DNA from: Microcoleus sp.
GTDB lineage: Bacteria > Cyanobacteriota > Cyanobacteriia > Cyanobacteriales > Microcoleaceae
Reading direction: 5' to 3'
Assembly: GCA_052279835.1 (NCBI GenBank)
Contig: CP181291.1
Location: forward strand, 3,008,001-3,072,000
Length of the DNA: 64,000 nucleotides
Below, in pieces: positions 1 through 10,914 of the stretch. The position numbers were made by a program, and so were the translations under genes. Under the pieces are notes generated by a model. It ran no database searches, was not told where the DNA came from, and saw only the letters and a program-made list of their open reading frames with translations. Numbering within the stretch: the stretch's first letter is position 1; every line of letters begins with the position of its first letter.

Positions 1-339
1 GATGCCCTCGAAGAAAGCGGTAGCGGGAAAACCTATGAGCAACTGCAAGCTAATCCGGGGAAGATTAGCATTCGCACATCACAGATCGAGGCTGACTGGC
101 TAGAAATTGCGATCGCTGACAACGGCGTTGGTATGTCGGAACAGATTCAACAACGCATTTTCGATCCGTTTTTTACTACCAAGCCTGTAGGAAAAGGGAC
201 TGGTATGGGGATGTCTATCAGTTATCAAATCATCACGGAAAAACATGGTGGTAAGCTCAAGTGTTTTTCTGCGATCGGGAAAGGAACTGAGTTCATCATT
301 CAGATTCCCATCCGGCAACAAGTTCGTGAAGCTGTATAG
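1..339 (+). CDS. Sensor histidine kinase, C-terminal HATPase_c domain (5' part outside window)
   Basis: Frame 1 open from base 1; motifs IADNGVGM, RIFDPFFTTKPVGKGTGMGMSISYQII, GKGTEF. Confidence 0.92.
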   Translation, partial: DALEESGSGKTYEQLQANPGKISIRTSQIEADWLEIAIADNGVGMSEQIQQRIFDPFFTTKPVGKGTGMGMSISYQIITEKHGGKLKCFSAIGKGTEFIIQIPIRQQVREAV

Positions 340-651
340 CCGAATGAGTTCTTCAGTCCTTTTTGAGAGGACTTTCGCTCCATCGGCAGGGGTTTAAACC
401 CCTGCCGGACTATCGGTTTGATATTAAGTTGACACCAACCCCGATCGAAAATTACGCGCGGGCGATCGCAAACCTGTTTTTTTGGGAATACTCAATTTAT
501 AACCACTAAAAGCAACAAAAACCCGATTTCTTTGAAGTTGATGCGGAATTTTGCGTTCCGTAAATTAGCTATTTGTCATCGGGCGAGGAAGGTTTATGAG
601 ATTGTGCGATCGATCGCACACGATATTACCCATTACCAATCCCAATTACTT

Positions 652-2331
652 ATGATACTCAACTTGTTCGATCGCATCGGCGATTGGAATCCCCAATTAT
701 TTCGAGAAATCAAAGGCCGTTTGAAAATTGGCAATATGGCGATCGCCTCTGCCCTTTCCCTAGGCGGTCAATTGCTGCTGTTCATGTATTTTAAAGCCGG
801 GATACCTGTTGCTCCTCCTCCTGGTGAGTACATTTCCCCAATCAATAACAAATTTTGCACTTCCAAGGTTATTATCAATGCCGATGCCTATTGGACAATG
901 TGCGTCAGAGATGCCTTGGGAAACTTTGCTATTAACTGGCAATATTGGTGGCTAGAATTGTTCGTCTATCTGAGTATATTTAGCACGATCGTGCTATTAG
1001 TAGCAGGCACTTATATGCTCGTCAGTGACTTAGATAAAGAAGAACGCCGCAGCACTCTCAACTTTATTCGGCTCAGTCCGCAGTCTGCCAAAACCATTTT
1101 TATCGGCAAAATTCTCGGCGTTCCAATTCTACTTTATCTAGCAGCAATTTTTTTGGCAGTACCGCTGCACCTATATAGTGGATTAGCTGCGAAAGTTCCC
1201 TTGCAGGGAATTTTAGGTTTTTATATAGCGATCGTAGCTAGCTGTGGTTTATTTTACAGTGCTGCAATGCTATTTGGATTGACAACAAGTTGGTTGGGAG
1301 GATTTCAACCTTGGTTGGCTAGCGCTACGGTTTTGTTTTTTATTACCCTAGCTTTTAATATGCCCTCACAAAGCGATGTCACTGACTTGATAACATTTTT
1401 GTCACCGGCTGCTGTTTTGAAATTATCAGTCATTCGAGTTAGCGGCCCAATTGTTAAAAACATCTATTATGAGTTGGGCTGGTTAGCTGAAAGTTTCGAT
1501 AAAGTGCATTGGTTTGGCTTACCAGTTGGCACAAAACTAGCGCTTACTACTGCTTTAAATTTCTCGATTTGCGCCGCGGGAACCTATTGGATGTGGCAGG
1601 GATGGCAGCGCCGCTTTCCCAATCCCAGTGCTACAGTTTTGAGCAAGGGACAAAGTTATTTGGCAGTTATCTGCTGTGAGTTAATCATATTAGGATTTGC
1701 ACTCCAATTAACTCCCTACTACTGGTTTACTATCATGTCTTTAATGATGTTAAAATTGCTGATTTTCTTAGCTTTAATTGCAGCTTTAACACCAGAGAGA
1801 CAATCTTTGTACGATTGGGCAAGGTATCGCCAACAACTCGTTCCCAGCGGTCATAAGTTATGGCGGCGCTACCCGCTACTCGATTTGATTTTGAGCGAAA
1901 AAAGTCCGGCAATAGTGGCGATCGCGATTAATTTCATCACTCCATTAATCATTAGCATACCTTGGAGACTGTTTGACAATATTTGGGGTGTAATTTGCAG
2001 CCTGAATCTCATCCTAATTTATGCAACCATCGCCCAACTCTTCCTATTTACAAAAACTAGAAATCGGGAAATTTGGGCGGTAGGTACGATCGGCAGCGCT
2101 ATCTTGTTGCTACCTATAATTTTATGGATGCTTTTGCTGACTCCACAAAAAGCTCCTATTTTATGGTTGTCTTCAATATTTCCTGGCTTTTGGTTTGTCG
2201 CAGCATCAGGAAATACGATTTTGTTTTCTTTACTCAGTCAGTGGACTGTTTTGGTGTTGTTGAATCTGAAATTACGATCGCACCTAAAAATCGCCGGACA
2301 ATCGGATTCTAAAGCATTGTTGAAAGCTTGA
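652..2331 (+). CDS. ABC-2-type exporter permease-like multi-pass membrane protein
   Basis: Many hydrophobic segments; EERRSTLNFIRLSPQSAKTIFIGKILG permease-like motif; directly upstream of an ABC ATPase; ATG 652 chosen because it aligns with the paralogue start at 3609. Confidence 0.75.
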   Translation: MILNLFDRIGDWNPQLFREIKGRLKIGNMAIASALSLGGQLLLFMYFKAGIPVAPPPGEYISPINNKFCTSKVIINADAYWTMCVRDALGNFAINWQYWWLELFVYLSIFSTIVLLVAGTYMLVSDLDKEERRSTLNFIRLSPQSAKTIFIGKILGVPILLYLAAIFLAVPLHLYSGLAAKVPLQGILGFYIAIVASCGLFYSAAMLFGLTTSWLGGFQPWLASATVLFFITLAFNMPSQSDVTDLITFLSPAAVLKLSVIRVSGPIVKNIYYELGWLAESFDKVHWFGLPVGTKLALTTALNFSICAAGTYWMWQGWQRRFPNPSATVLSKGQSYLAVICCELIILGFALQLTPYYWFTIMSLMMLKLLIFLALIAALTPERQSLYDWARYRQQLVPSGHKLWRRYPLLDLILSEKSPAIVAIAINFITPLIISIPWRLFDNIWGVICSLNLILIYATIAQLFLFTKTRNREIWAVGTIGSAILLLPIILWMLLLTPQKAPILWLSSIFPGFWFVAASGNTILFSLLSQWTVLVLLNLKLRSHLKIAGQSDSKALLKA

Positions 2332-2460
2332 AACAGAATACCCATATCCCCCCCAGCCAGGGCGGGCACGAGGGCACCGCCCCTACACTTGGGGGGAGTA
2401 GATCTGACTCCTCTTTCTGCCAGAAATCCACCCAATCAAATTTATATCAGCGCTAAAAAT

Positions 2461-3411
2461 ATGGCACAACAACTAGCAATAGAAACTCGCGGGCTGACGA
2501 AACAATTCGATCGCCATATCGCAGTCAATGACATCGATTTGCAAGTAGCAGCAGGGGAAGTATGCGGACTCATCGGTCCCAACGGTGCCGGGAAAACTAC
2601 CTTGCTGCGGATGTTGGCGGCTGCTGAGGAACCGACTACAGGGGAGATTTACATCAATGGGGATAGGTTACAGCGCGATCGATCGCACCCTCTTCTCAAA
2701 CAGCACATTGGCTTTCTTCCCGATGACTTTCCCCTCTACGACGATTTGACAGTTTGGGATTATTTAGATTATTTTGGACGACTCTACAACCTCAAGCAAC
2801 CGCGCCGCCGAGAGCGCATTTACTCGGTTTTAGAACTCGTGCAATTAACTAACAAGCGTAACAGCTTAATTTCTACTCTTTCTAGAGGGATGAAACAGCG
2901 TTTGAGTTTGGGGAGAACTATTATTCACGAACCGCTGTTGCTATTATTAGATGAACCAGTTTCCGGCTTAGATCCGATCGCGCGATCGTACTTCCGCGAA
3001 ATTATCAAAGCTTTGCAAGAAGCCGGCATGACTGTAGTCATATCATCTCACGTCCTCAGCGACCTAGCCGAACTTTGTACCTGGATTGGTATCATGGAAC
3101 TCGGATATCTTGTCGAAAGTGCACCTTTACAAGAGCTTTACAAACGCCTCAGCCGCCAGCAAATTTTCATGTCAGTTTTAGGCAATGTAGAAGCGTTAAT
3201 ATCCAAGTTAAAAAACTTTCCTTGCATAGAAAGTTGGGAAATAGTACCGGAAACTCAGCAGGTGCGCGCTAACTTTTCCGGCACCCGAAAAGATGCAGCA
3301 AATTTATTGCGCAAACTCGTAGCTGCTAACATTCCCTTAACCGAATTCCATTGCACTCAAGAAGATTTAGAAACTATTTTCTTGAAGATGGGACACCAGC
3401 AAGCATCCTAA
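2461..3411 (+). CDS. ABC transporter ATP-binding protein
   Basis: Walker A GPNGAGKTT, signature LSRGMKQR, Walker B LLLLDEP, SSH motif. Confidence 0.93.
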   Translation: MAQQLAIETRGLTKQFDRHIAVNDIDLQVAAGEVCGLIGPNGAGKTTLLRMLAAAEEPTTGEIYINGDRLQRDRSHPLLKQHIGFLPDDFPLYDDLTVWDYLDYFGRLYNLKQPRRRERIYSVLELVQLTNKRNSLISTLSRGMKQRLSLGRTIIHEPLLLLLDEPVSGLDPIARSYFREIIKALQEAGMTVVISSHVLSDLAELCTWIGIMELGYLVESAPLQELYKRLSRQQIFMSVLGNVEALISKLKNFPCIESWEIVPETQQVRANFSGTRKDAANLLRKLVAANIPLTEFHCTQEDLETIFLKMGHQQAS

Positions 3412-3608
3412 TTTGTTCGTTCTCTTCTTAAAGAAGTGGAAACCACGGCTATTTGTGTTAACAACCAGGTTATACCAATTTTTTATGAGGTCCCGTAGAA
3501 TCCGATCCCCCCTAACCCCCAAGTGGGGAACTAGAAGCACTCAAAGTCCCCCTTCTTAAGGGGGATGCGAGGGGGATCGAAACTTTGATACAAACGAGAG
3601 AGACAGTC

Positions 3609-4812
3609 ATGATACTTAACTTGTTCGATCGCATCGGCAATTGGAATCCCCAATTATTTCGAGAAATCAAAAGCCGTTTGAAAGGGGGAGATATTGCGAT
3701 CGCCTCTGCCCTTTCCCTAGGCGGTCAATTGCTGCTATTCATGTATTACAAGGCGCGGATAGTTGCTCCTCCTTATGGGCTGTACAATTACCCCATCAAT
3801 CGCAATTTTTGCACGGGAACTGCTTACTCTGACTATGAGCAACAGTGCGTCAGAGGTGCCTTGGGCAACTTTGCTATTAACTGGCCGCGGTGGTGGGCAG
3901 AGATATTCACCGATCTGAGTATATGGATCGTGTTAGCTTTATTAGTAGCAGGGACTTATATGCTTGTGGGCGACTTAGACAAAGAGGAACGACGCGGCAC
4001 GCTTAACTTTATTCGCCTCAGTCCCCAGTCTGCTAAAACAATTTTTATCGGCAAAATTTTCGGCGTCCCAATTCTACTTTATCTAGCAGTAATTCTGGCA
4101 GTACCGCTGCATTTGTACAGTGGGTTAGCAGCTCAAATACCGTTGTATAAAATTTTATGTTTTGATACGGCGATCGTAGCTAGCTGTGCTTTGTTTTATA
4201 GTGCTGCAATGGTATTTGGATTGACAACCAGTGGATGGTTTAAACCTTGGTTGGCTAGCACTATAACTTTAGTTGTGTTCTGGATTTCTTTTGGGGGTCT
4301 AACAAAAAGTGCTGGGGATTTAGGAGCATTTTTGTCTGCCATTGGTATTCTAAGACATCTAGTTGTTGGAATTGATTCATTAGGTGCTGATTTAGACAAG
4401 TTGCAATGGTTTTATTTGCCAGTCGGTACAAATATTGCGATCGGCCTTGCTTTGTTTCTCTTAATTTGCGGTATGGGAACCTATTGGATGTGGCAGGGAT
4501 GGCAGCGCCGCTTTCCCAATCCCAGTGCTACAGTTTGGAGCAAGGGACAAAGTTATTTGCTGGTCATCTGCTGTCAGATAATAATTTTAGGATTTGCACT
4601 CCAAGATGGACACTCATTCAACAATTATATCAGCAGTTTACTCATCTTTAATTGGCTGATGTTCTTGGCTTTAGAAGTTATGGAGGCGCTATCCGTTGCT
4701 CGATCTAATTTCGAGTGGAAAAAGTCCGGCAATAGTTGCGATCGCAATTAATTTCATTACTCAAGTCATAATTTTAACACCTTCGATGCTGCTTGACACA
4801 AGATTGTTGTGA
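3609..4812 (+). pseudogene. Paralogue of the 652-2331 permease, frameshifted and truncated
   Basis: Near-identical blocks to 652-2331; after ...FLAL (~4673) about 77 nt present in the paralogue are missing and KLWRRYPLLDLI..KSPAIVAIAINFIT continues in another frame, stopping near 4812. Confidence 0.75.
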
Positions 4813-4977
4813 AGAATGCTTATACAGCAAGCTTTTTAGCCACCTGTATCTTACGTTTAATTAAGTGGACTTACTTATCATAAACCGGGGTTTTTTACGA
4901 AGATAATTTGTCTCAGCACACAAATTCGATAAAAACCCGGTTTCTTTGGCGGATTCGATCAGTCCTATTTAGTTTAA

Positions 4978-6816
4978 CTAATTGAATTGCTGAGCATAAT
5001 AACCCGCATAACGATCGCCTTTTTCGAGCAATTCCTCATGGGTTCCCGACTCCATAACTCTGCCTTTTTCCAAAACTAAGATTCTGTCGGCTTTCCGCAC
5101 AGTTGCCAAACGGTGGGCGATAATAAATACAGTCCTGTCTTGCATCAATCTTTCTAATGCTTCCTGCACCAAAGCTTCCGATTCGGAATCTAAGGCTGAT
5201 GTCGCTTCATCCAGGATCAGAATTCGGGGATTTAGCAACACCGCACGGGCGATCGCAATTCTTTGTTTTTGACCACCAGATAAATTTACACCCCTTTCCC
5301 CAACCCAAGTTTGATAGCCGTCGGGAAAATCACTAATAAATTGATGGGCGTTGGCAATTTGCGCCGCTTTTTCCACATCTTTGAGTTCGTAATAAGAGCG
5401 CCCAAAGGCAATATTTTGAGCAATTGTCCCCGAAAACAAAATAGTTTCCTGCGGTACAATCCCGATTTGCCGCCGCAGCGTATTTAATGTCACATCTTGA
5501 ATATTAATCCCATCAATTAAAATTTGTCCAGCTTGCGGATCGTAAAATCTGGGTAACAAGTTTACCAACGTAGTTTTCCCCGCACCGGATGCGCCCACAA
5601 GGGCAATCATTTCCCCCGGAAGTGCTAGTAAACTCATATTTTGTAAAATGGGAACCCCCCCTTGCCCCCCCTTATTAAGGGGGGGTTGAGGTTGTTTTAC
5701 CCCCAGATCGAGGGGGGATTGAGGTTGTTTTACCGCCAGATCGAGGGGGGATTGAAGGGGGTAGGCAAAATTAATGTTGCGGTATTCGACTTTTCCCGTA
5801 ACATGGGGAAGTTCGATCGCCCCTGGCTTTTCCACTATGGTGGGTACAATTGCTAATAGTTCAAAAATGCGATCGCTAGAAGCCTCTCCCTGTTTGAAAT
5901 CACCGTAATTAGCAGTAGTAATGGCGATCGGATCGATTAACAGCGCTACTCCTGCGATGTAACTAATAAATTCAGTACCTGTGAGATTTCCTTGAGCAAT
6001 TTGCCAACCTCCTAGGAAAAACAACAAAATCACGCTAATTGCTTCGAGAAAGCCCACTACCACGAACTGAAGTGCTTTTACTCGTTCTGATAAATATTTA
6101 GCGCGACGATTTTGTTCCGCTGCTTCTGTAAATCGAGAAATTTCATATTCTTCGGCTACAAAAGCTTTGATTAAACGAATACCGCTGAATACTTCTGTTA
6201 GCAAAGCTGATAAGTCAGAGATCCGATTTTGACTTTCTCGTGAATAACTGAGCAGTTTCTCTCCAAACCAGCTAATTAATAGTGCCATCAACGGTGCAAT
6301 GATTAACGCACCTAAAGTTAATTGCCAGTTGAGATAAATCATATATCCCATTACCACAATTAGCTGTAAAATGCAAGGGATAAACTGATGGAAAAATTTA
6401 TTTATGACTTCGCCAATGCGGTCAATATCTTCAGTGAGGCGATAGGATAAATCTCCCGTTTTTGCAGTTTCAAAATAGCCGAGATTCAGTAATTGCAGGT
6501 GTGCGTAAACTTTTTTGCGGATTTCTAAAGCAATAGTCAAAGCTGCTTTTGCCATCAGCGTATCTTGACCGTACTGGACTGTTCCCCGAATCAGAAATAT
6601 AATGGCACTGAGTGCGGCAATTTGGGCGAATCCTTTTAAATCTCCTTTACCTATAAATTTTGCTGTTTCGCCAACCAGCCACGCTATAATCGGCCAACAG
6701 ACAGTAAATACTAAGGTACAAGCTAATGCTTTACCGATGGTTTGCTTTTGGGGACGGAGGTAGGGTAGGATTTGCCAATAAGTCGATCGCGTTTTCAAGC
6801 TATTCTGCATCTGCAA
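4978..6816 (-). CDS. ABC transporter, fused permease + ATPase (MsbA-like), with in-frame repeat insertion
   Basis: N-terminal TM domain; GASGAGKTT, LSGGQKQRIAIARA, LILDEATSALD, IAHRL. Confidence 0.92.
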   Translation of the reverse strand: MQMQNSLKTRSTYWQILPYLRPQKQTIGKALACTLVFTVCWPIIAWLVGETAKFIGKGDLKGFAQIAALSAIIFLIRGTVQYGQDTLMAKAALTIALEIRKKVYAHLQLLNLGYFETAKTGDLSYRLTEDIDRIGEVINKFFHQFIPCILQLIVVMGYMIYLNWQLTLGALIIAPLMALLISWFGEKLLSYSRESQNRISDLSALLTEVFSGIRLIKAFVAEEYEISRFTEAAEQNRRAKYLSERVKALQFVVVGFLEAISVILLFFLGGWQIAQGNLTGTEFISYIAGVALLIDPIAITTANYGDFKQGEASSDRIFELLAIVPTIVEKPGAIELPHVTGKVEYRNINFAYPLQSPLDLAVKQPQSPLDLGVKQPQPPLNKGGQGGVPILQNMSLLALPGEMIALVGASGAGKTTLVNLLPRFYDPQAGQILIDGINIQDVTLNTLRRQIGIVPQETILFSGTIAQNIAFGRSYYELKDVEKAAQIANAHQFISDFPDGYQTWVGERGVNLSGGQKQRIAIARAVLLNPRILILDEATSALDSESEALVQEALERLMQDRTVFIIAHRLATVRKADRILVLEKGRVMESGTHEELLEKGDRYAGYYAQQFN

Positions 6817-6878
6817 GTGTTGTGTTTAGAAATATCTGAGTCAAAACATGATAGCAGCGATCGGGCAAATATCGAAAA

Positions 6879-7361
6879 TCATTCTTGACCGTCTGCGTGA
6901 GTCGCCAATACCTTCGCCCCCGCCACAACTTCTCCCCGAAAGGTGGCCGACTTTCCTGGTTCAACCGTCACTGGTTGAGTGGTAATGAATCCATTGTCTA
7001 TGGGATTACCTAACTCATCCAAAACCTCATAGTTAACTTTGATATTCTTGACAATTTTACAACCTTGATTGATGATTTGACCGCTTAAAAAATGGCCGTC
7101 ATAATTTACATTAGTGATAGACACTTTGGCGGCAATATTGGAACCGCTAATACAACTTTGGGAAGTTCTCAATGGTGTTTTGTTTTCGCACAATTTGCCT
7201 AAATCTACTGTTTTGCCATCGGTAGTTCTCATATAGCAAAACGGTTCGTCAATTTCGGAATTTTGAGTTAAAAGATTTGCAGTATTTGCTAGCAAAGATT
7301 TAGCTGATATCAACGATGTTAGCAGAATTGGTAAAGTTAGTATGAAGTGTAAAATTTTCAT
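6879..7361 (-). CDS. Exported hypothetical protein, FxLYD-like C-terminal domain
   Basis: Signal-peptide-like MKILHFILTLPILL; CYMRTTDGKTVDLGKLC; GQIINQG..V.VNYEVLDELGN..VEPGKSATF. Confidence 0.6.
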   Translation of the reverse strand: MKILHFILTLPILLTSLISAKSLLANTANLLTQNSEIDEPFCYMRTTDGKTVDLGKLCENKTPLRTSQSCISGSNIAAKVSITNVNYDGHFLSGQIINQGCKIVKNIKVNYEVLDELGNPIDNGFITTQPVTVEPGKSATFRGEVVAGAKVLATHADGQE

Positions 7362-7536
7362 TGCTTTTTCCAGAAAGCTTGGGATTAAGAAATTAGGAGA
7401 CGGCAGTGCCGTCTCCGACCTATCATTCCGGTGCAACCGGAATTGATATTATCTCTTAGTCCGCGGAGGCGGACTTTGTTTGTGTAGAAGCGGTTTCAAC
7501 CGCCGATTCATCTTGGACGCGGTTTCAACCGCCGAT

Positions 7537-9210
7537 TCATCTTGCACCGGGAACTCTTCGACTTGGACGACGATTGTTCAAACTACTAGCTGAACGAGTA
7601 TTCAAAGCATTAGCAGAACTTGTCAAACCTAAATCTTGCAAAATTTCCAAAGCTGCTCTTTGTCCAGTTTCGCAACCACCTTCCATATAGCCTTGATTTT
7701 CTAGGGAGGTGTGTTCCCCTGCAAAATATAAATTGCCAACTTTTTCGCCTTCAACGCCGTGCATTTGCGTCCATTGTCCGACTAAGTAGCAAGAATAGGA
7801 ACCTTTAAAATAACGTTCTCCAGACCAAAAAGCTCGCACAGCTTTACCCGATCGCAAATCTTTCACTCCAGGGAAAACTTTTTCAAATTGTTGCAAGAAT
7901 TTTTGGGCTTGCTCTTCAGGAAGGCCACCACCGATCGCCAAACCCTGTTTACCTCCAGTAAAATTAGTAACTAAGGCATTAGGCGTAGGAGTAAAAGGTG
8001 TAGCTTCCCAACTATTTTGGAATCCTAAATCTGTAAACACAGAAGCCGTGGATTTATAAAGTTCCCGCCAAATACGGCTGCGGTAGCCCGTAACTAACTT
8101 AGAATTAGTACCGTAGCCCAATTGCTCGATCGCCCGTCGTTTCGGTTGGGGTAAAGGCACATTGATATTAACATCTCGCAGAGTGCTGAAGGGCAAAGTT
8201 AACAAAACTCGCTCGTAGGTGCGATCGAATGCACTTTGTCCCGATCGCAAACTTACCCGATAACGGCCATCCGGCAAAATATTAATCGCTTCCAAAACAG
8301 TCCCCGCTTCGATGGAACCAGACAATTGACCAGCCAAACCATTGACAATTTGACTGTTGCCGCCCTCAATTTGATAGCGCTCATCGCTGTCACCATACAA
8401 CTGAAAACTATCAGCCTCAGAAGCAATTAAAAACAGCAAATTTAAGGCAGACTGTTCGTCCACATCGAGACCATATTCCGTAGTGTAAGCAATGCGGAGT
8501 AACTGCTTAACAATGACGCTAGCATCTACACTATCTAAATATTCAGCAATGGAAAGATTGTCCACTCTTTCGGCTGTTTCCGTAAAATCTTGATAGTCAA
8601 TGTTATTTCCAATTCCCCGCAAATCAGCCCGAATCTTACTAGCAATAGGTGCAAAATCGGTGATTAATTGTTCCATAGAAAATCGCCGTCCTTGCAAGAA
8701 AAAGGTATCCTTGACCAATCCCGTCTGCGCCTGAGCTAAATCGATCGCTCGCAGGCCCAATTCCGTCGCTAGGGAAATCAAAGTAGTATGGCCACTATCA
8801 ATAAATTCTCCTCCCACATCCGCCGAAATCAAAGTTCCAGCCACCTTGGGAATAGTGCGTATCCGCCCCCCCACGCGGTTAGTTGCCTCGATGATATCGG
8901 CACGCACGCCCCCTTGACGCAAGCGATAGGCCGCCGTCAAACCCGCAATTCCCGCGCCGACAACCAAAATGGGCGATCGACCTTGCTGTTGAGCAAAAGC
9001 CCCCTCTCCCTCCCGCGTCAAAGTCGCAGCAGCCAGCGCCGCCCCCGTCGCCAAACCCCCCCGTAGCAATCCGCGCCGAGATATGGGAAAATTGGAAGTG
9101 CGATCTGTGAGCATCCCCAGCAGTTCATCAGCCGGAATACCCGTTGCCATTGACTTCTGGGCAATTATCGAAGCGCTGCGCAGCATTGCCATCAGTGCAG
9201 ATTTAGCCAT
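7537..9210 (-). CDS. Flavin monoamine oxidase family protein, twin-arginine-like N-terminus
   Basis: GAGIAGL dinucleotide motif, EATNRVGGR, FAGEHTS..GYMEGGCETG; SRRGLL motif. Confidence 0.88.
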   Translation of the reverse strand: MAKSALMAMLRSASIIAQKSMATGIPADELLGMLTDRTSNFPISRRGLLRGGLATGAALAAATLTREGEGAFAQQQGRSPILVVGAGIAGLTAAYRLRQGGVRADIIEATNRVGGRIRTIPKVAGTLISADVGGEFIDSGHTTLISLATELGLRAIDLAQAQTGLVKDTFFLQGRRFSMEQLITDFAPIASKIRADLRGIGNNIDYQDFTETAERVDNLSIAEYLDSVDASVIVKQLLRIAYTTEYGLDVDEQSALNLLFLIASEADSFQLYGDSDERYQIEGGNSQIVNGLAGQLSGSIEAGTVLEAINILPDGRYRVSLRSGQSAFDRTYERVLLTLPFSTLRDVNINVPLPQPKRRAIEQLGYGTNSKLVTGYRSRIWRELYKSTASVFTDLGFQNSWEATPFTPTPNALVTNFTGGKQGLAIGGGLPEEQAQKFLQQFEKVFPGVKDLRSGKAVRAFWSGERYFKGSYSCYLVGQWTQMHGVEGEKVGNLYFAGEHTSLENQGYMEGGCETGQRAALEILQDLGLTSSANALNTRSASSLNNRRPSRRVPGAR

Positions 9211-9307
9211 AACCTAGACACCTTCACAAAAATTTGATATGAACTGGATTATTGATTAAATGTGATTATCCACTTTCCAGGTTAAGTCTACATAGATTGT
9301 TATAAAA

Positions 9308-10207
9308 ATGCTAACCCTCAGAACTCTTTTCGATCGCAAATTTTACCTCGAAAACAACCCCGATGTTGCTGTAGCCGTCGCCAGAGGCACGGTATCGAGT
9401 CCCTTCGATCACTACCAAAAGATTGGCAAATTTGAAAATCGCGACCCCAATCCCCTATTTGATGCCAGCTATTATTTAGAAACAAACACCGATGTAGCCG
9501 TATCAGGAGAAAAAAATAAATTTTCTGGTGCCGATCATTTTATTGCCTACGGTCAATTTGAGCGTCGAAGTCCCAACCCTTTATTTGATGTTAGTTTTTA
9601 CCTAAGCAGTAACCCCGACGTTCAAAGAGTAGTTCAAACTAATCAAGTTACAGCCTTTGAACACTTTCTGAAAATCGGTCAAACAGAAATTCGCAAACCC
9701 AGTCCTTTCTTCGATCCTGAATTTTATTTAGCCAAGTATCCACTGGTAGCAGCAGCAGTGAGAAATGGGGTGGTTAAAAGTGCGATCGAGCACTACATTC
9801 AATTTGGTCAAGCCGAAGGACTTTTGGGTACATTACCAGATGTGGCTGATAATTTAAGTGTTGCTAAAAACCTGGATCTTCTCACAGGAACTAAAAATGT
9901 AAATGATTTTGTAGGTGCTGCTGAACCAACGGATATTTATAGTTTTGTATTGAATACTCCTAGTCTTTTCAGTGCAACTCTGGATGGTTTGAGTGCAGAT
10001 GCCGATCTAGAATTAATTCAGGATATCAACGGTCAAGGCGCAGTGGGATTGAGTGGTATTATTGCTTCGTCTAATAATTTAGGTACGGCTGCGGAACAGA
10101 TTGTGAGTAATGGGGCTTTGCCTGCTGGTACTTATTTTCTGCGCGTTTCTCAATTTGAAGGTGATACAAATTATAACTTGACGTTGACTTCCACTTCTAG
10201 TCAGTAG
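9308..10207 (+). CDS. Hypothetical surface-type protein with FDxxFYLxxNPDV repeats and C-terminal PPC-like domain
   Basis: Four FD(xx)(F/Y)YL repeats; DIYSF..LDGLSADADLEL..LPAGTYFLRV..TNYNLTL. Confidence 0.7.
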   Translation: MLTLRTLFDRKFYLENNPDVAVAVARGTVSSPFDHYQKIGKFENRDPNPLFDASYYLETNTDVAVSGEKNKFSGADHFIAYGQFERRSPNPLFDVSFYLSSNPDVQRVVQTNQVTAFEHFLKIGQTEIRKPSPFFDPEFYLAKYPLVAAAVRNGVVKSAIEHYIQFGQAEGLLGTLPDVADNLSVAKNLDLLTGTKNVNDFVGAAEPTDIYSFVLNTPSLFSATLDGLSADADLELIQDINGQGAVGLSGIIASSNNLGTAAEQIVSNGALPAGTYFLRVSQFEGDTNYNLTLTSTSSQ

Positions 10208-10254
10208 TTAGTTGTTATTGGTTATTGCAATAACAACTAACCAATAACAACTAA

Positions 10255-10851
10255 CTAATTCGTATTATCTGGTGCTCCCGGAGAAGGCATAGATTGAATA
10301 GGAGCCAAAGGCACATTCGACCGATTTCTGATTAGAGTCGTAGACACCAAAGCATAGCCCAAAATAGCAGGAAGTACCATGGCGCTCAGAAAGACGATCG
10401 CCCCTGCCAAAGTGGTTCCATTCAACATGGGACCGTAATGAGTGCGGTAAGGGTCAAAGGCTGGCAAATCTGACCTCTGGCTATCCCGAAGGGCGATCGC
10501 ACGTTTGAACCTCACCCGCCTGTCGTCCAGTTTTTCTAGCAGCATCCAGCCAACTTCCGCCTCTTCTCGACACAGCTTTTGAAAAATAGCAGGATTCCGA
10601 AATAAATCGCTGTTAGCCCGCACAATTTTATACTCCACAACCGTAGTATCAGGTCTAGGATTGCCGTTAGATTGCGAATTATCTCGGCCAACTAAATGTT
10701 CCTCTTGAGATTCGTAGCGAGTCAAAACTTCCTCCTCCTCATCGCATTGTTGCCCCATAGCCAATAGCTCGCGGTTGATGAAAACCCCCGCCAGCGTACA
10801 CTCTAAACCGAGACTGCCAACCATCAAACTCCAAATCAAAATTTCAAGCAT
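10255..10851 (-). CDS. Hypothetical membrane protein
   Basis: 198-aa ORF with C-terminal TM helix; no recognised function. Confidence 0.65.
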   Translation of the reverse strand: MLEILIWSLMVGSLGLECTLAGVFINRELLAMGQQCDEEEEVLTRYESQEEHLVGRDNSQSNGNPRPDTTVVEYKIVRANSDLFRNPAIFQKLCREEAEVGWMLLEKLDDRRVRFKRAIALRDSQRSDLPAFDPYRTHYGPMLNGTTLAGAIVFLSAMVLPAILGYALVSTTLIRNRSNVPLAPIQSMPSPGAPDNTN

Positions 10852-10914
10852 AGAAATACTTAAAAGTTAAAAATTCCAAACTAAAAATAGAGATTTGCTT
10901 CGGCTTTTTAACTT

